Source of the DNA: Candidatus Hermodarchaeota archaeon
Lineage (GTDB): Archaea; Asgardarchaeota; Hermodarchaeia; Hermodarchaeales; Hermodarchaeaceae
NCBI GenBank assembly: GCA_016840065.1
Contig: JAEOTB010000057.1
Location: 1 to 12,979, forward strand
Length of the DNA: 12,979 nt
Direction: 5' to 3'
Part shown: positions 1 through 7,415 of the stretch, piece by piece
Numbering within the stretch: position 1 is the first letter of the stretch
How the letters are laid out: every line of letters starts with the position of its first letter
Position numbers and translations under genes: made by a program
Notes under the pieces: model-generated
The model's database searches: none
Told to the model about the DNA's origin: nothing
What the model saw: only the letters and a program-made list of their open reading frames with translations

Positions 1-2
1 GA

Positions 3-1121
3 GTATGCCCTCAGGAGAATCAATGTCAGAAAGGCTGTGTCCTGGATCGGAAGGGTTATCCCATAGAAATCGGACGCATCGAACGTTTTCTAGCTGACTG
101 GGAAAGGGAACACGGAGTGGAAGCCCCAAAATTACCAAAGCCCACTGGGCACCGGGTAGCAATTGTGGGCAGTGGTCCTGCTGGGCTCACCGCTGCAGGA
201 GACCTAGCACTTCTGGGTCACAAGGTCACTGTCTTTGAGAGCCTCCACGAACCAGGCGGTGTGCTAGTTTATGGGATTCCCGAGTTCCGCTTACCTAAAG
301 ATATCGTAAAGGCAGAGGTTGACTATCTTCGCCAGCTAGGCGTGGAGGTTCGAGTTAACGCTTTCATTGGCATGCTCTTCACCCTCGATGACCTCTTCGA
401 ACAGGGCTACGAAGCAATTCTTCTTGCTACGGGTGCAGGCCTACCTAGGTTTCTGAATATTCCTGGCTTGAATCTTGTCGGGACCTATAGTAGCAACGAA
501 TTCCTTACACGCGTCAACCTCATGCGAGCCTACAAATTCCCTGAATATGACACACCAATCATCAAGGGCAAGAATATCATTGTGATTGGTGGCGGCAACG
601 CAGCCATGGACAGTGCTCGTACCGCTCTCCGCCTTGATGCTGAAAGCGTTACAATTGTTTACAGACGCACCGAAGCCGAAATGCCTGTGCGGCGTGAAGA
701 GCTGCACCACGCCAAGCAGGAGGGAGTCAAGTTTCAGATTCTCTCACAACCTGTTGAGGTTCTAGGTAACGACGATGACTGGGTGGCTGGAATGCGTTGC
801 ATTCGCATGGAGCTTGGTGAACCTGATGAGAGTGGACGCCGCCGTCCCCAACCAGTCTCTGACTCTGACTTTGAAATACCCGCTGACACAATCATATTTG
901 CTATCGGTGCTTTTGCTAACCCCTCTGTACCCAAGTGTACTCCTACGCTAGCTGTGGATAGATGGAGCTGTGTCGTTGTTAACCCCGAAACTTTGGAGTC
1001 AACGATTCCCCATGTCTACGCAGCCGGTGATATCTCTGGAGGTGAGGGGACTGTTATCTTTGCAGCTGGTGAAGGAAAACGAGCCGCACGTCAAATACAC
1101 GCTTATCTCACTAGCCTCTGA
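3..1121 (+). CDS. gltA: GltD-like FAD/NADPH oxidoreductase (NADPH-dependent glutamate synthase small-subunit-like; SudA/NfnB family), 5'-truncated by the window edge
   Basis: The frame is open from position 3 (VCPQENQCQKGC...PIEIGRIERFLADWE, Fe-S cysteines), so the ORF-track start at 117 is internal. FAD motif VAIVGSGPAGL, YGIPEFRLPK, NADPH motif VIGGGNAAMD, YRRT, GEPDESGRRRP, VYAAGD. Confidence 0.9.
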   Translation, partial: VCPQENQCQKGCVLDRKGYPIEIGRIERFLADWEREHGVEAPKLPKPTGHRVAIVGSGPAGLTAAGDLALLGHKVTVFESLHEPGGVLVYGIPEFRLPKDIVKAEVDYLRQLGVEVRVNAFIGMLFTLDDLFEQGYEAILLATGAGLPRFLNIPGLNLVGTYSSNEFLTRVNLMRAYKFPEYDTPIIKGKNIIVIGGGNAAMDSARTALRLDAESVTIVYRRTEAEMPVRREELHHAKQEGVKFQILSQPVEVLGNDDDWVAGMRCIRMELGEPDESGRRRPQPVSDSDFEIPADTIIFAIGAFANPSVPKCTPTLAVDRWSCVVVNPETLESTIPHVYAAGDISGGEGTVIFAAGEGKRAARQIHAYLTSL

Positions 1122-1222
1122 AAGTCTTCTCTTCTCGGAAGGAATTATGTATTCAGCTGAATTGTGTGCATCCGAGATTGTAGAAAGAACATTACAGAAA
1201 TCAGCACAACTTACTCTTCAGA

Positions 1223-1750
1223 TTAGGAATGGAAGACGAATTCGCAGTGGGGGTCACCTTGGGCCATACACTTGGTTTCAGTTCCCTTAATTGGTGGTAG
1301 TCCCTCTAGTTTGGCGAGCTCTTCAATCAACGCCACCAAACCTGATTGATAATAACAGCGAGGTCCATCAGCCTTTCCTCCATAAGTATCCTCATGGTAT
1401 GGTTTTGTTTCTTTGATTACTACTTGAAGGGGGCTTGAGCTGAATTCTGCTAGTTCCCAGTTCCCCCAACCTGTGACACTGTGCATCTGTAGGACAAACT
1501 TGATTTTCTCTTCAAAGGGTTTCCCTTTGACAAGTGGGACATAATCCTTTACTGTACGACTTGCCCATCGTCTGGCGGCACTCTCAATCAGCACGAATGC
1601 ACCATCTGCGCCCATAATTCCTTCAAGTTCTCTCTGCATCGCAGTGAACCACGGAACGGATAGTAGTACGCTTCGGTCATCTTTGAAGTAGACGAGTCCG
1701 TCTTCTTTGATGTTTAGCTGCGAAATGAAATCCTTATACAGTTCCTCCAT
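1223..1750 (-). CDS. Stand-alone V4R (4-vinyl reductase) domain protein with XylR_N-like N-terminus, paralog 2
   Basis: GWGNWE, PRCYYQSG and ETKCMAQGDPHCEF give the V4R C/E/C/C pattern. Start placed at ATG 1750 behind GGTGAT (alternatives 1756, 1762), just after the upstream stop at 1764-1766. Confidence 0.85.
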   Translation of the reverse strand: MEELYKDFISQLNIKEDGLVYFKDDRSVLLSVPWFTAMQRELEGIMGADGAFVLIESAARRWASRTVKDYVPLVKGKPFEEKIKFVLQMHSVTGWGNWELAEFSSSPLQVVIKETKPYHEDTYGGKADGPRCYYQSGLVALIEELAKLEGLPPIKGTETKCMAQGDPHCEFVFHS

Positions 1751-1763
1751 TTGCATCACCATC

Positions 1764-2315
1764 CTAGTCGCCTGTCTTTGCCTCGAAGGTGTACTCACAG
1801 AAAGGGTCGCCTTTAGCGACACACTTGGTTTCCGTAAACTGGAGCGTGAGATCACGCTTATCCATATTGGCTAGTGCTTGGATAACATTTGCCAGACCTA
1901 CTTGATAGTAGCAGCGGGGACCATCCGCTTTGCCCTCATAGGCGTTTCCGATGTAGGGACGCGGACTCCTGACTACCACTTTGAAGGGGTCTGGGCTGTA
2001 CTCTACGAGCTCGTGAGGTCCCCAGCCTTGGAGCTGACCGTATTTCAAAACGAGCTTGACCCTCTCTTCTAGGGGCATGCCGGCGAACAATGCGGCAAAG
2101 CTCGCTCCCTCAGAAGCGGATTGACCTCCACTTTTTGAGGCTGTTTCAAATACTGCATAGGCACCGTCTGGTCCTATGATGTTTTCAATCTCTTGTTGCA
2201 GGTCGGTGAGCCACGAGGTAGATGCCAACATGTACCGATCGGCACCCATACTACGAAGCACACCACCAGCATATTGTAGCATAGTAAGATAATTCTTAAA
2301 CTCGTCCTGCATCAT
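1764..2315 (-). CDS. Stand-alone V4R domain protein with XylR_N-like N-terminus, paralog 1
   Basis: GWGPHE, PRCYYQVG and ETKCVAKGDPFCEY. GGTGA RBS at 2317-2321 lies just upstream of ATG 2315/2312. Confidence 0.85.
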   Translation of the reverse strand: MMQDEFKNYLTMLQYAGGVLRSMGADRYMLASTSWLTDLQQEIENIIGPDGAYAVFETASKSGGQSASEGASFAALFAGMPLEERVKLVLKYGQLQGWGPHELVEYSPDPFKVVVRSPRPYIGNAYEGKADGPRCYYQVGLANVIQALANMDKRDLTLQFTETKCVAKGDPFCEYTFEAKTGD

Positions 2316-2396
2316 TTCACCCAATTTACACAAATTCAATATTGTTAATAAAACTATTGTTGTCCAGCAGTGGGAGAGGATATAATTGAGAACTTC

Positions 2397-2586
2397 TCAT
2401 GCGTGATAGCCCTAGCTAAGTGTTACGGGCTTCCTCAAAGAGTTCACCAAGGGTTCCAACAGCTACAAGAATTAGGGTTGAATCAGTTTCACAAATGATG
2501 CTTCCAGCCTTGGTTACACCCCATTAATGATAGTGTTCTCTGTGCAAGCGGAGCTATTTATTGAATTATCGAGGGGTTACGCGTGA
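2397..2586 (+). other. Intergenic sequence with predicted multi-stem fold (candidate structured RNA)
   Basis: 11-bp end-to-end stem TCATGCGTGAT (2397-2407)/GTTACGCGTGA (2576-2586) with G-U pairs; ACCAAGG/CCTTGGT (2446-2452/2508-2514); GCAA-tetraloop hairpin at 2538-2553. Confidence 0.3.
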
Positions 2587-2874
2587 CTACTCCAACTTCT
2601 CATATAGTTTGAGCATTGTTTTTGTTTCTGTTATGTGTACGATATCAAACTCGACTTCAGGCCTGTAATGGAGTACCATTCTTGCCAGTTGTTCAGGGTC
2701 GTCAGTTTCAAACATCTGAAAGCCGCTGAATCCTATGCTCATTGTATAGTTTGGACAAATTGACTTTGCATACTTGTCGGGGTCTTCTTTGATCTTTTTT
2801 CTGAACTCTTTGAGTTTCTTAATTACTTCTGTAAGGTCCTTGGGGTCGTATTCCCAAAACACGATATACTTCAT
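2587..2874 (-). CDS. Small DUF3303/GYD-like ferredoxin-fold protein (95 aa)
   Basis: MKYIVFWEY...GFQMFETDDPEQL...EFDIVHI pattern. AAGGTGAT RBS precedes ATG 2874. Confidence 0.7.
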   Translation of the reverse strand: MKYIVFWEYDPKDLTEVIKKLKEFRKKIKEDPDKYAKSICPNYTMSIGFSGFQMFETDDPEQLARMVLHYRPEVEFDIVHITETKTMLKLYEKLE

Positions 2875-3091
2875 TTCTATCACCTTGTGAGTGCTTTCTT
2901 GTTCCTTCCCTAAGGTCAAGAACTGATATGTCATCATCCCTGTAATACTTTTCCTGTACTAGTTCTACGTACGGAAACGCAAATCAGGAATTCACCTTGG
3001 TGTTCCTTCAGAAACATATTTATTGTCTCATTGGGGGTTACTTTTAGTTCCGCCTAAAACCGCGCTGCTCCTTGAGCGGTGTTGTGTTGGT

Positions 3092-3100
3092 GATATAAAA
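3092..3100 (+). promoter_or_regulatory. Putative TATA box for the mgtE-like pair
   Basis: GATATAAAA about 70 nt upstream of the start codon. Confidence 0.4.
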
Positions 3101-3169
3101 TGAGTGTACAAATGAACTGTGGCTGCCGCCGTAGCCGGTCATTGACCATTGGCTCTGTTGGAGATGGTG

Positions 3170-3796
3170 ATGATGGCGACGGTCAACGGCGTGAAGGAAA
3201 AGTCAGTGGTCTGGCAAATCTACCGCGAAGCCATGCCAGTCCTACTGCTCACAGCACTAGCGGAGCTAATGGCTGGCGGTTTACTGCAAAACATTGAAGT
3301 CTTTTACGCGATTCTCCCTGGCCTCGTCGTTTTGGTCCCAGGGCTGATGCAGCTTCGCGGTAACATCTCAACTAGCCTTGCCCAACGGCTAGGTTCTGCC
3401 ACACATCTTGGATTAATCTCTTGGGGACAAGGACTCAATAAACCCCTCCGCTCCAACATCAAAGCATCACTGGTGCTTGTTACTGTGATGTCCTTCCTAC
3501 TTGGGTTTGGTGCTTGGGTAGCTACACAAATTGTCGCCTTCACCACATTGTTTTCTTCAGGAGTGGTCCTTGTCTCCCCTATGACTTTGCCTCGCTTCAT
3601 CACTGTTTCAATGACGACTGCACTTCTTGCAAGTTTGGTTCAGGTTACAACAACTGTCCTTGTAGCCCTAGTTGCTCATGCTCGCGGGCTAAATCCAGAT
3701 AACATCACAATTCCAGTCGTCGCAACTGTCGGTGATATCCTGACTGTTGTCTGTCTTCTGGCAGCCATTAACTTTGCGCTCATGCTCCCATTCTAG
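3170..3796 (+). CDS. MgtE/SLC41 integral-membrane-domain divalent cation (Mg2+) transporter, single domain, subunit A
   Basis: D1 motif PX6GN (PGLMQLRGN), D2 motif PDX4PX6D (PDNITIPVVATVGD), about 5 hydrophobic helices, no CBS domains. Start is one of ATG 3164/3170/3173. Confidence 0.85.
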   Translation: MMATVNGVKEKSVVWQIYREAMPVLLLTALAELMAGGLLQNIEVFYAILPGLVVLVPGLMQLRGNISTSLAQRLGSATHLGLISWGQGLNKPLRSNIKASLVLVTVMSFLLGFGAWVATQIVAFTTLFSSGVVLVSPMTLPRFITVSMTTALLASLVQVTTTVLVALVAHARGLNPDNITIPVVATVGDILTVVCLLAAINFALMLPF

Positions 3797-3809
3797 TAAG
3801 GTGAATATC

Positions 3810-4379
3810 ATGTCCTCATATGATGCCCGAAAAATCCTCATCGAAAGCCTGCCCATCCTAGCCATAGTCCTTGTTCTGGCTTTACTAACAGGGACACTTC
3901 TAGACAGCCAACTAGCCCAGCTTGTTCCTTTCTTCCCTTTCATCCTGTTAATTATCCCAGCTTTCATCAATGTCAGTGGAGACCTAGCGGGAATCGTTGG
4001 TGCTAGGGTCACAAGTCACCTCTTTCTAGGAGAGCTAGATAAGAGCTTCCGCCCCTTCAGACTTCTTGCCTCTAACTTTGTAGGCGTCATTCTTGTGGCC
4101 TTTACTGCCTATGCCTTTCTCGGTGTCTGTGTCATTGGCATCAGCTACCTAATACTTCAAACCCTTCTTCCCCAATACATCATTCCCTTCTTCTTTGCCA
4201 TCCTCGGTGCAGGAGTGCTTGCTACCGTTTGTACTAGCCTACTTGGGCTCCTAGGTGCCAGAATCGTTTATCGCTCCGGTCGTGACCCTGATAGCATAAT
4301 CCCACCACTAACCACCACCGTTGGTGACCTACTCGGCATACTCTTTGTAACTGCTGCACTTCTCGCCATCGTCGTATAA
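3810..4379 (+). CDS. MgtE/SLC41 integral-membrane-domain transporter, single domain, subunit B
   Basis: D1 variant PAFINVSGD, D2 PDSIIPPLTTTVGD. AAGGTGA RBS before ATG 3810, 13 nt after the previous stop. Confidence 0.85.
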   Translation: MSSYDARKILIESLPILAIVLVLALLTGTLLDSQLAQLVPFFPFILLIIPAFINVSGDLAGIVGARVTSHLFLGELDKSFRPFRLLASNFVGVILVAFTAYAFLGVCVIGISYLILQTLLPQYIIPFFFAILGAGVLATVCTSLLGLLGARIVYRSGRDPDSIIPPLTTTVGDLLGILFVTAALLAIVV

Positions 4380-4452
4380 CCATACTTGAGTTCAGTTATA
4401 TGCTCGTCTCTCTCCGCTTAAGTGCAGAGTAGACTACTATATGTAGATGCGC

Positions 4453-4585
4453 CGGACGTGAGACGTAAACCGCATTGCTCTCTGCTTCGGTTCTTGGCGG
4501 ATGCCCCTAGACGCCGCTGAGAAACGATTAACTTTGCGGGTGCTCCATCCTAATCATCCGTATAACATTTGCCGTTTCACGTCCG
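4453..4585 (+). ncRNA. Candidate structured ncRNA / MITE-like element, copy 1 (133 nt)
   Basis: 13-bp terminal stem CGGACGTGAGACG/CGTTTCACGTCCG (one G-U). Nested stems at 4470-4474/4535-4539 and 4491-4500/4514-4523. TATA-like CTTAAGT at 4417-4423. The 5' 13-mer is identical to 7167-7179. Confidence 0.45.
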
Positions 4586-4614
4586 TCCCAGAAGAACTCC
4601 TTTTCCATCAATCC

Positions 4615-4652
4615 ATACCACACAGAATCGTTTTGAGAGATTCCGTGTGTAT
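4615..4652. repeat. Inverted repeat / hairpin
   Basis: CACACAGAATC (4619-4629) and GATTCCGTGTG (4639-4649) are complementary at 10 of 11 positions, extendable with one bulge. Confidence 0.5.
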
Positions 4653-4920
4653 ACATCTTAAGTTTGGACTCGTGGCAATTAGAAATCGAAATCCATTTAA
4701 CGGAGCATAAGTATATACTAATTTGAATGATGCTCAGTGAGAGCTTGTGCTCCCCTCTGGAGGAACCAGAGTCTAATGGACGAGAACTAACTGATTCTTA
4801 CTGTGCTTGCGGAGAAAAGGAAAGACACTAATGAAATCAGGGAAGGACTGAAGGGCGTCAGGGCGCTGAGAATTTTCTTCTACTGGGCTCTAATACTAGA
4901 ATGATTTAGGTTTCGCGGGA

Positions 4921-7104
4921 ATGAACATTCAAAGCCTTGAACAGATTCTTGAGCTATTTGAAAGGGGCAAGTATGCAGAAGCCCTTGAACAAGTGGATGT
5001 GCTTGAAAATCACCCCGATAACACTCCCATTGATCGCCTTATTTTTCGAATCCATAAAGGTTATCTCCTAAATCATTCAGGGAAGTATGAAGAGGCACTC
5101 GTTCTTGGGAAAGGAATACTGGAAGAAAGTGAAAAACTTGGAGTACCCATTCTTGTTGTTGATGCCTTCCTCCTACAAGCTCAGTCTTTATGGTATCTTG
5201 GACGTTACGAAGCGAGTTTTGAAGCCGTTATACACGGATCGGATTTATTACAGAACTTGATACAAACCCCAAGCGAACAATCGGCATCAATTCTAGAATT
5301 TCATCAATCCCTTCTCGCCCTACTTACTTCACTAAAGCCAATCCCACCCAGCCAACTTGTAATCTTTCAAGGTTGTACTCCAGTCACACCTTGGGTTCAG
5401 CTTGAGCATCCAATCGCCTTGGCCTACCGTATTGCGGCAGCTTTTCATCGAAAAGGCTCCATCCTTGCGGGGAAAGGCGAATTGCACCATGCGATTGAAC
5501 ATTACCAGCTCAGTCTAGGGTTGAAAGAAGTTCTCGGTAGCAAGCGGGATATCACCACGACCCTTAACAACATCGGAACCGCGTGTATTCAGCTAGGAGA
5601 GCTAGAACAAGCCGCGGATTGTTATCAACGATGTTTAACCATACATGAAAGACTAGGGAACCTTGCTGATTTGGGCATCTTTCTTAACAATCTCGGTATA
5701 GTGTATTTACGGAAGGGTGAATTGAACAGAGCATTGGATTGCTGCCAACAGAGCTTGTCAATGAAGCAAACAGCCGGAAATATGCGATCCATTGCCTTCA
5801 CTCTCTCCAACCTGGGTGAAATATACTTACTGAAAGGCGAACTAAAGAAAGCATTGGAAAATCTACACGAGTGTCTTGAAATCTTCCTTGAAGTTGGACA
5901 CAAACGAGCTGTTGCCTCCGTCCTTCAACTTATTGGTATGGTCTATCAGCAAAAAGGTGAGCTGGATCAAGCAGCAAGACACTTCAAGCAATCACTCCAG
6001 CTCTGGTGGGAAATTCGGAATAACCCGAAACTAGCAATTATTCTCTTCTCATTGGTGTCCATTGCCATCGACCAGAATGACTTCGACCAAGCTGAGGAAT
6101 ATCTGCAACGACTAAAGGCAATTGATGAAAAGGAAGACAACAAGGTCATCAGCCAACAGTGCCGCGTTGCCCAAGCCATGTTACTGAAAACCAGTCCGCG
6201 CACGCGAAGCCGAGGAGAAGCGGAAGCCCTTCTCCAAGTGGTAGTCGATGAGCCTATCGTTGATCACGAGATAACAGTTATTGCGATGCTCAATCTCTGT
6301 GATCTGTTGTTAACTGAGTCTCGCTCCACCGGTGACCCTGATGTATTAGATGAAATCGAGGGATTTCTTCCCAAAATAGTGGATATCGCCAAGCAACAGG
6401 GCTCATACAAATTGATTGTACACACCTTCTTATTGGAGGCTAGGCTAGCCCTAATCAAGCTAAATCTGCCTCTAGCTCGTCGGTTATTTACTCAAGCTCA
6501 ACTAATCGCTGATGAAAAAGGCCTCCATGGATTAGCTAGAGCAGTATCCTTGGAACATGACATTCTACTAGACAAACTTGACCAGTGGGAGTCCCTCATC
6601 GGGCGAGAAGCCCCGCTAAAAGAACGCCTAGATTTAGCTGAGCTTGAATCCTTGGTCGTTCGTTTGATTCGCAGCCGAGTAGTAGACGCCTCAGAGGTTC
6701 CAGATGAGGAGCCGGTGCTCCTCCTAATTCTTGGAGAGGGAGGGCAGAGCCTTTACTCTAACAGCTTGCTTACTGGGAGCAAGATTGATGACGATCTACT
6801 CGGTTCGTTCCTAACAGCAATTCATCACTTTAGTGGTGAAGTCTTTCAGCAGACACTAGACCGTGCTAAACTCGGAAAATACACTCTCCTCATACATGTT
6901 GAGCGCCCTCTACTCATTTGCTATGTGTTCACAGGCCTTGCCTACACAGCCCAGCGGAAGCTCCAGGGGTTCGTTCAAACCCTCCGCCAGTCCGCTGTTT
7001 GGGAAGCCCTAACGCAAGCCAGTGAAACAGGATATAGTCTGCAAGACACCCAATTATCGCCCCTCGAAGATTGGGTAGTGAAGTATTTCCCTCAACCCCA
7101 GTAA
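4921..7104 (+). CDS. Tetratricopeptide repeat protein with putative C-terminal longin-like domain (727 aa)
   Basis: Multiple ~40-aa TPR units (e.g. TLNNIGTACIQLGELEQAADCYQRCL, FLNNLGIVYLRKGELNRALDCCQQSL). The C-terminal LLLILGEGGQSLYS...DDDLLGSFLTAIHHFSGE segment resembles longin-fold domains. Confidence 0.88.
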   Translation: MNIQSLEQILELFERGKYAEALEQVDVLENHPDNTPIDRLIFRIHKGYLLNHSGKYEEALVLGKGILEESEKLGVPILVVDAFLLQAQSLWYLGRYEASFEAVIHGSDLLQNLIQTPSEQSASILEFHQSLLALLTSLKPIPPSQLVIFQGCTPVTPWVQLEHPIALAYRIAAAFHRKGSILAGKGELHHAIEHYQLSLGLKEVLGSKRDITTTLNNIGTACIQLGELEQAADCYQRCLTIHERLGNLADLGIFLNNLGIVYLRKGELNRALDCCQQSLSMKQTAGNMRSIAFTLSNLGEIYLLKGELKKALENLHECLEIFLEVGHKRAVASVLQLIGMVYQQKGELDQAARHFKQSLQLWWEIRNNPKLAIILFSLVSIAIDQNDFDQAEEYLQRLKAIDEKEDNKVISQQCRVAQAMLLKTSPRTRSRGEAEALLQVVVDEPIVDHEITVIAMLNLCDLLLTESRSTGDPDVLDEIEGFLPKIVDIAKQQGSYKLIVHTFLLEARLALIKLNLPLARRLFTQAQLIADEKGLHGLARAVSLEHDILLDKLDQWESLIGREAPLKERLDLAELESLVVRLIRSRVVDASEVPDEEPVLLLILGEGGQSLYSNSLLTGSKIDDDLLGSFLTAIHHFSGEVFQQTLDRAKLGKYTLLIHVERPLLICYVFTGLAYTAQRKLQGFVQTLRQSAVWEALTQASETGYSLQDTQLSPLEDWVVKYFPQPQ

Positions 7105-7165
7105 TCACTTATCCCCTGCTCTGTCCTAGTTTTAATACAAAGAATTGAGAGTTACATCTAGCGAT

Positions 7166-7364
7166 GCGGACGTGAGACGGCTTAGGCACTTCTAGCCCCC
7201 TAGAGGTTTTCAGTAGCCTTGGGGAGGCTTTGCAGCTTCCTGTGGGTGAATCGCCTGGATTACCCGTCTTTAAGCGCCCTTGTAGACTTTCCTACCTCCT
7301 CCCAGCCAGATCTGATGCCCTTGTCTTCAGGGGTGTTGGTTGCAATCCCTCCCCTCATGTCCGC
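7166..7364 (+). ncRNA. Candidate structured ncRNA / MITE-like element, copy 2 (199 nt)
   Basis: 11-bp terminal stem GCGGACGTGAG/CTCATGTCCGC. Internal hairpins at 7188-7207, 7244-7265, 7266-7287 and 7312-7339 (12 bp, G-U rich). TTTTAATA at 7130-7137 upstream and a T-tract at 7370-7380 downstream. Confidence 0.5.
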
Positions 7365-7369
7365 CTCGG

Positions 7370-7380
7370 TCTTTTTCTTT
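7370..7380 (+). terminator. Putative archaeal oligo-T terminator
   Basis: TCTTTTTCTTT directly after the closing stem of the 7166-7364 element. Confidence 0.4.
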
Positions 7381-7415
7381 CAATGGGATTTGGACGCTTG
7401 GTGTATTTGTCGTTA

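Noticed and set aside
3-1121. True two-subunit glutamate synthase function
   Set aside because: No large subunit is visible. Such archaeal proteins usually act as SudA/NfnB, and any partner gene would lie outside the window.
1751-1855. Extended N-termini in the ORF track (starts 1855, 2937, 3747, 10225, 11758)
   Set aside because: They overlap neighbours or lack an RBS. Better starts with GGTGA/GGAGG or paralog alignment lie downstream.
3160-3185. Fluoride riboswitch (GGAGATGG)
   Set aside because: The pairing CNCC strand and downstream motif are absent; this is the RBS/start region.
4453-4585. Integron attC site, H/ACA guide or SECIS element
   Set aside because: No RYYYAAC/GTTRRRY ends, no ACA right after the hairpin, no AUGA/GA quartet, and no in-frame UGA selenoprotein nearby.
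4501-4710. 69-aa ORF and other short antisense ORFs (441..710, 734..934, 970..1290, 5625..6458, 8681..8935, 12780..12977 etc.)
   Set aside because: No RBS or family motif; most lie opposite well-supported genes.
7166-7365. tRNA or tmRNA gene
   Set aside because: Acceptor-like ends are present, but there is no proper D-arm, no T-stem around GGTTGCAATCC and no anticodon arm.
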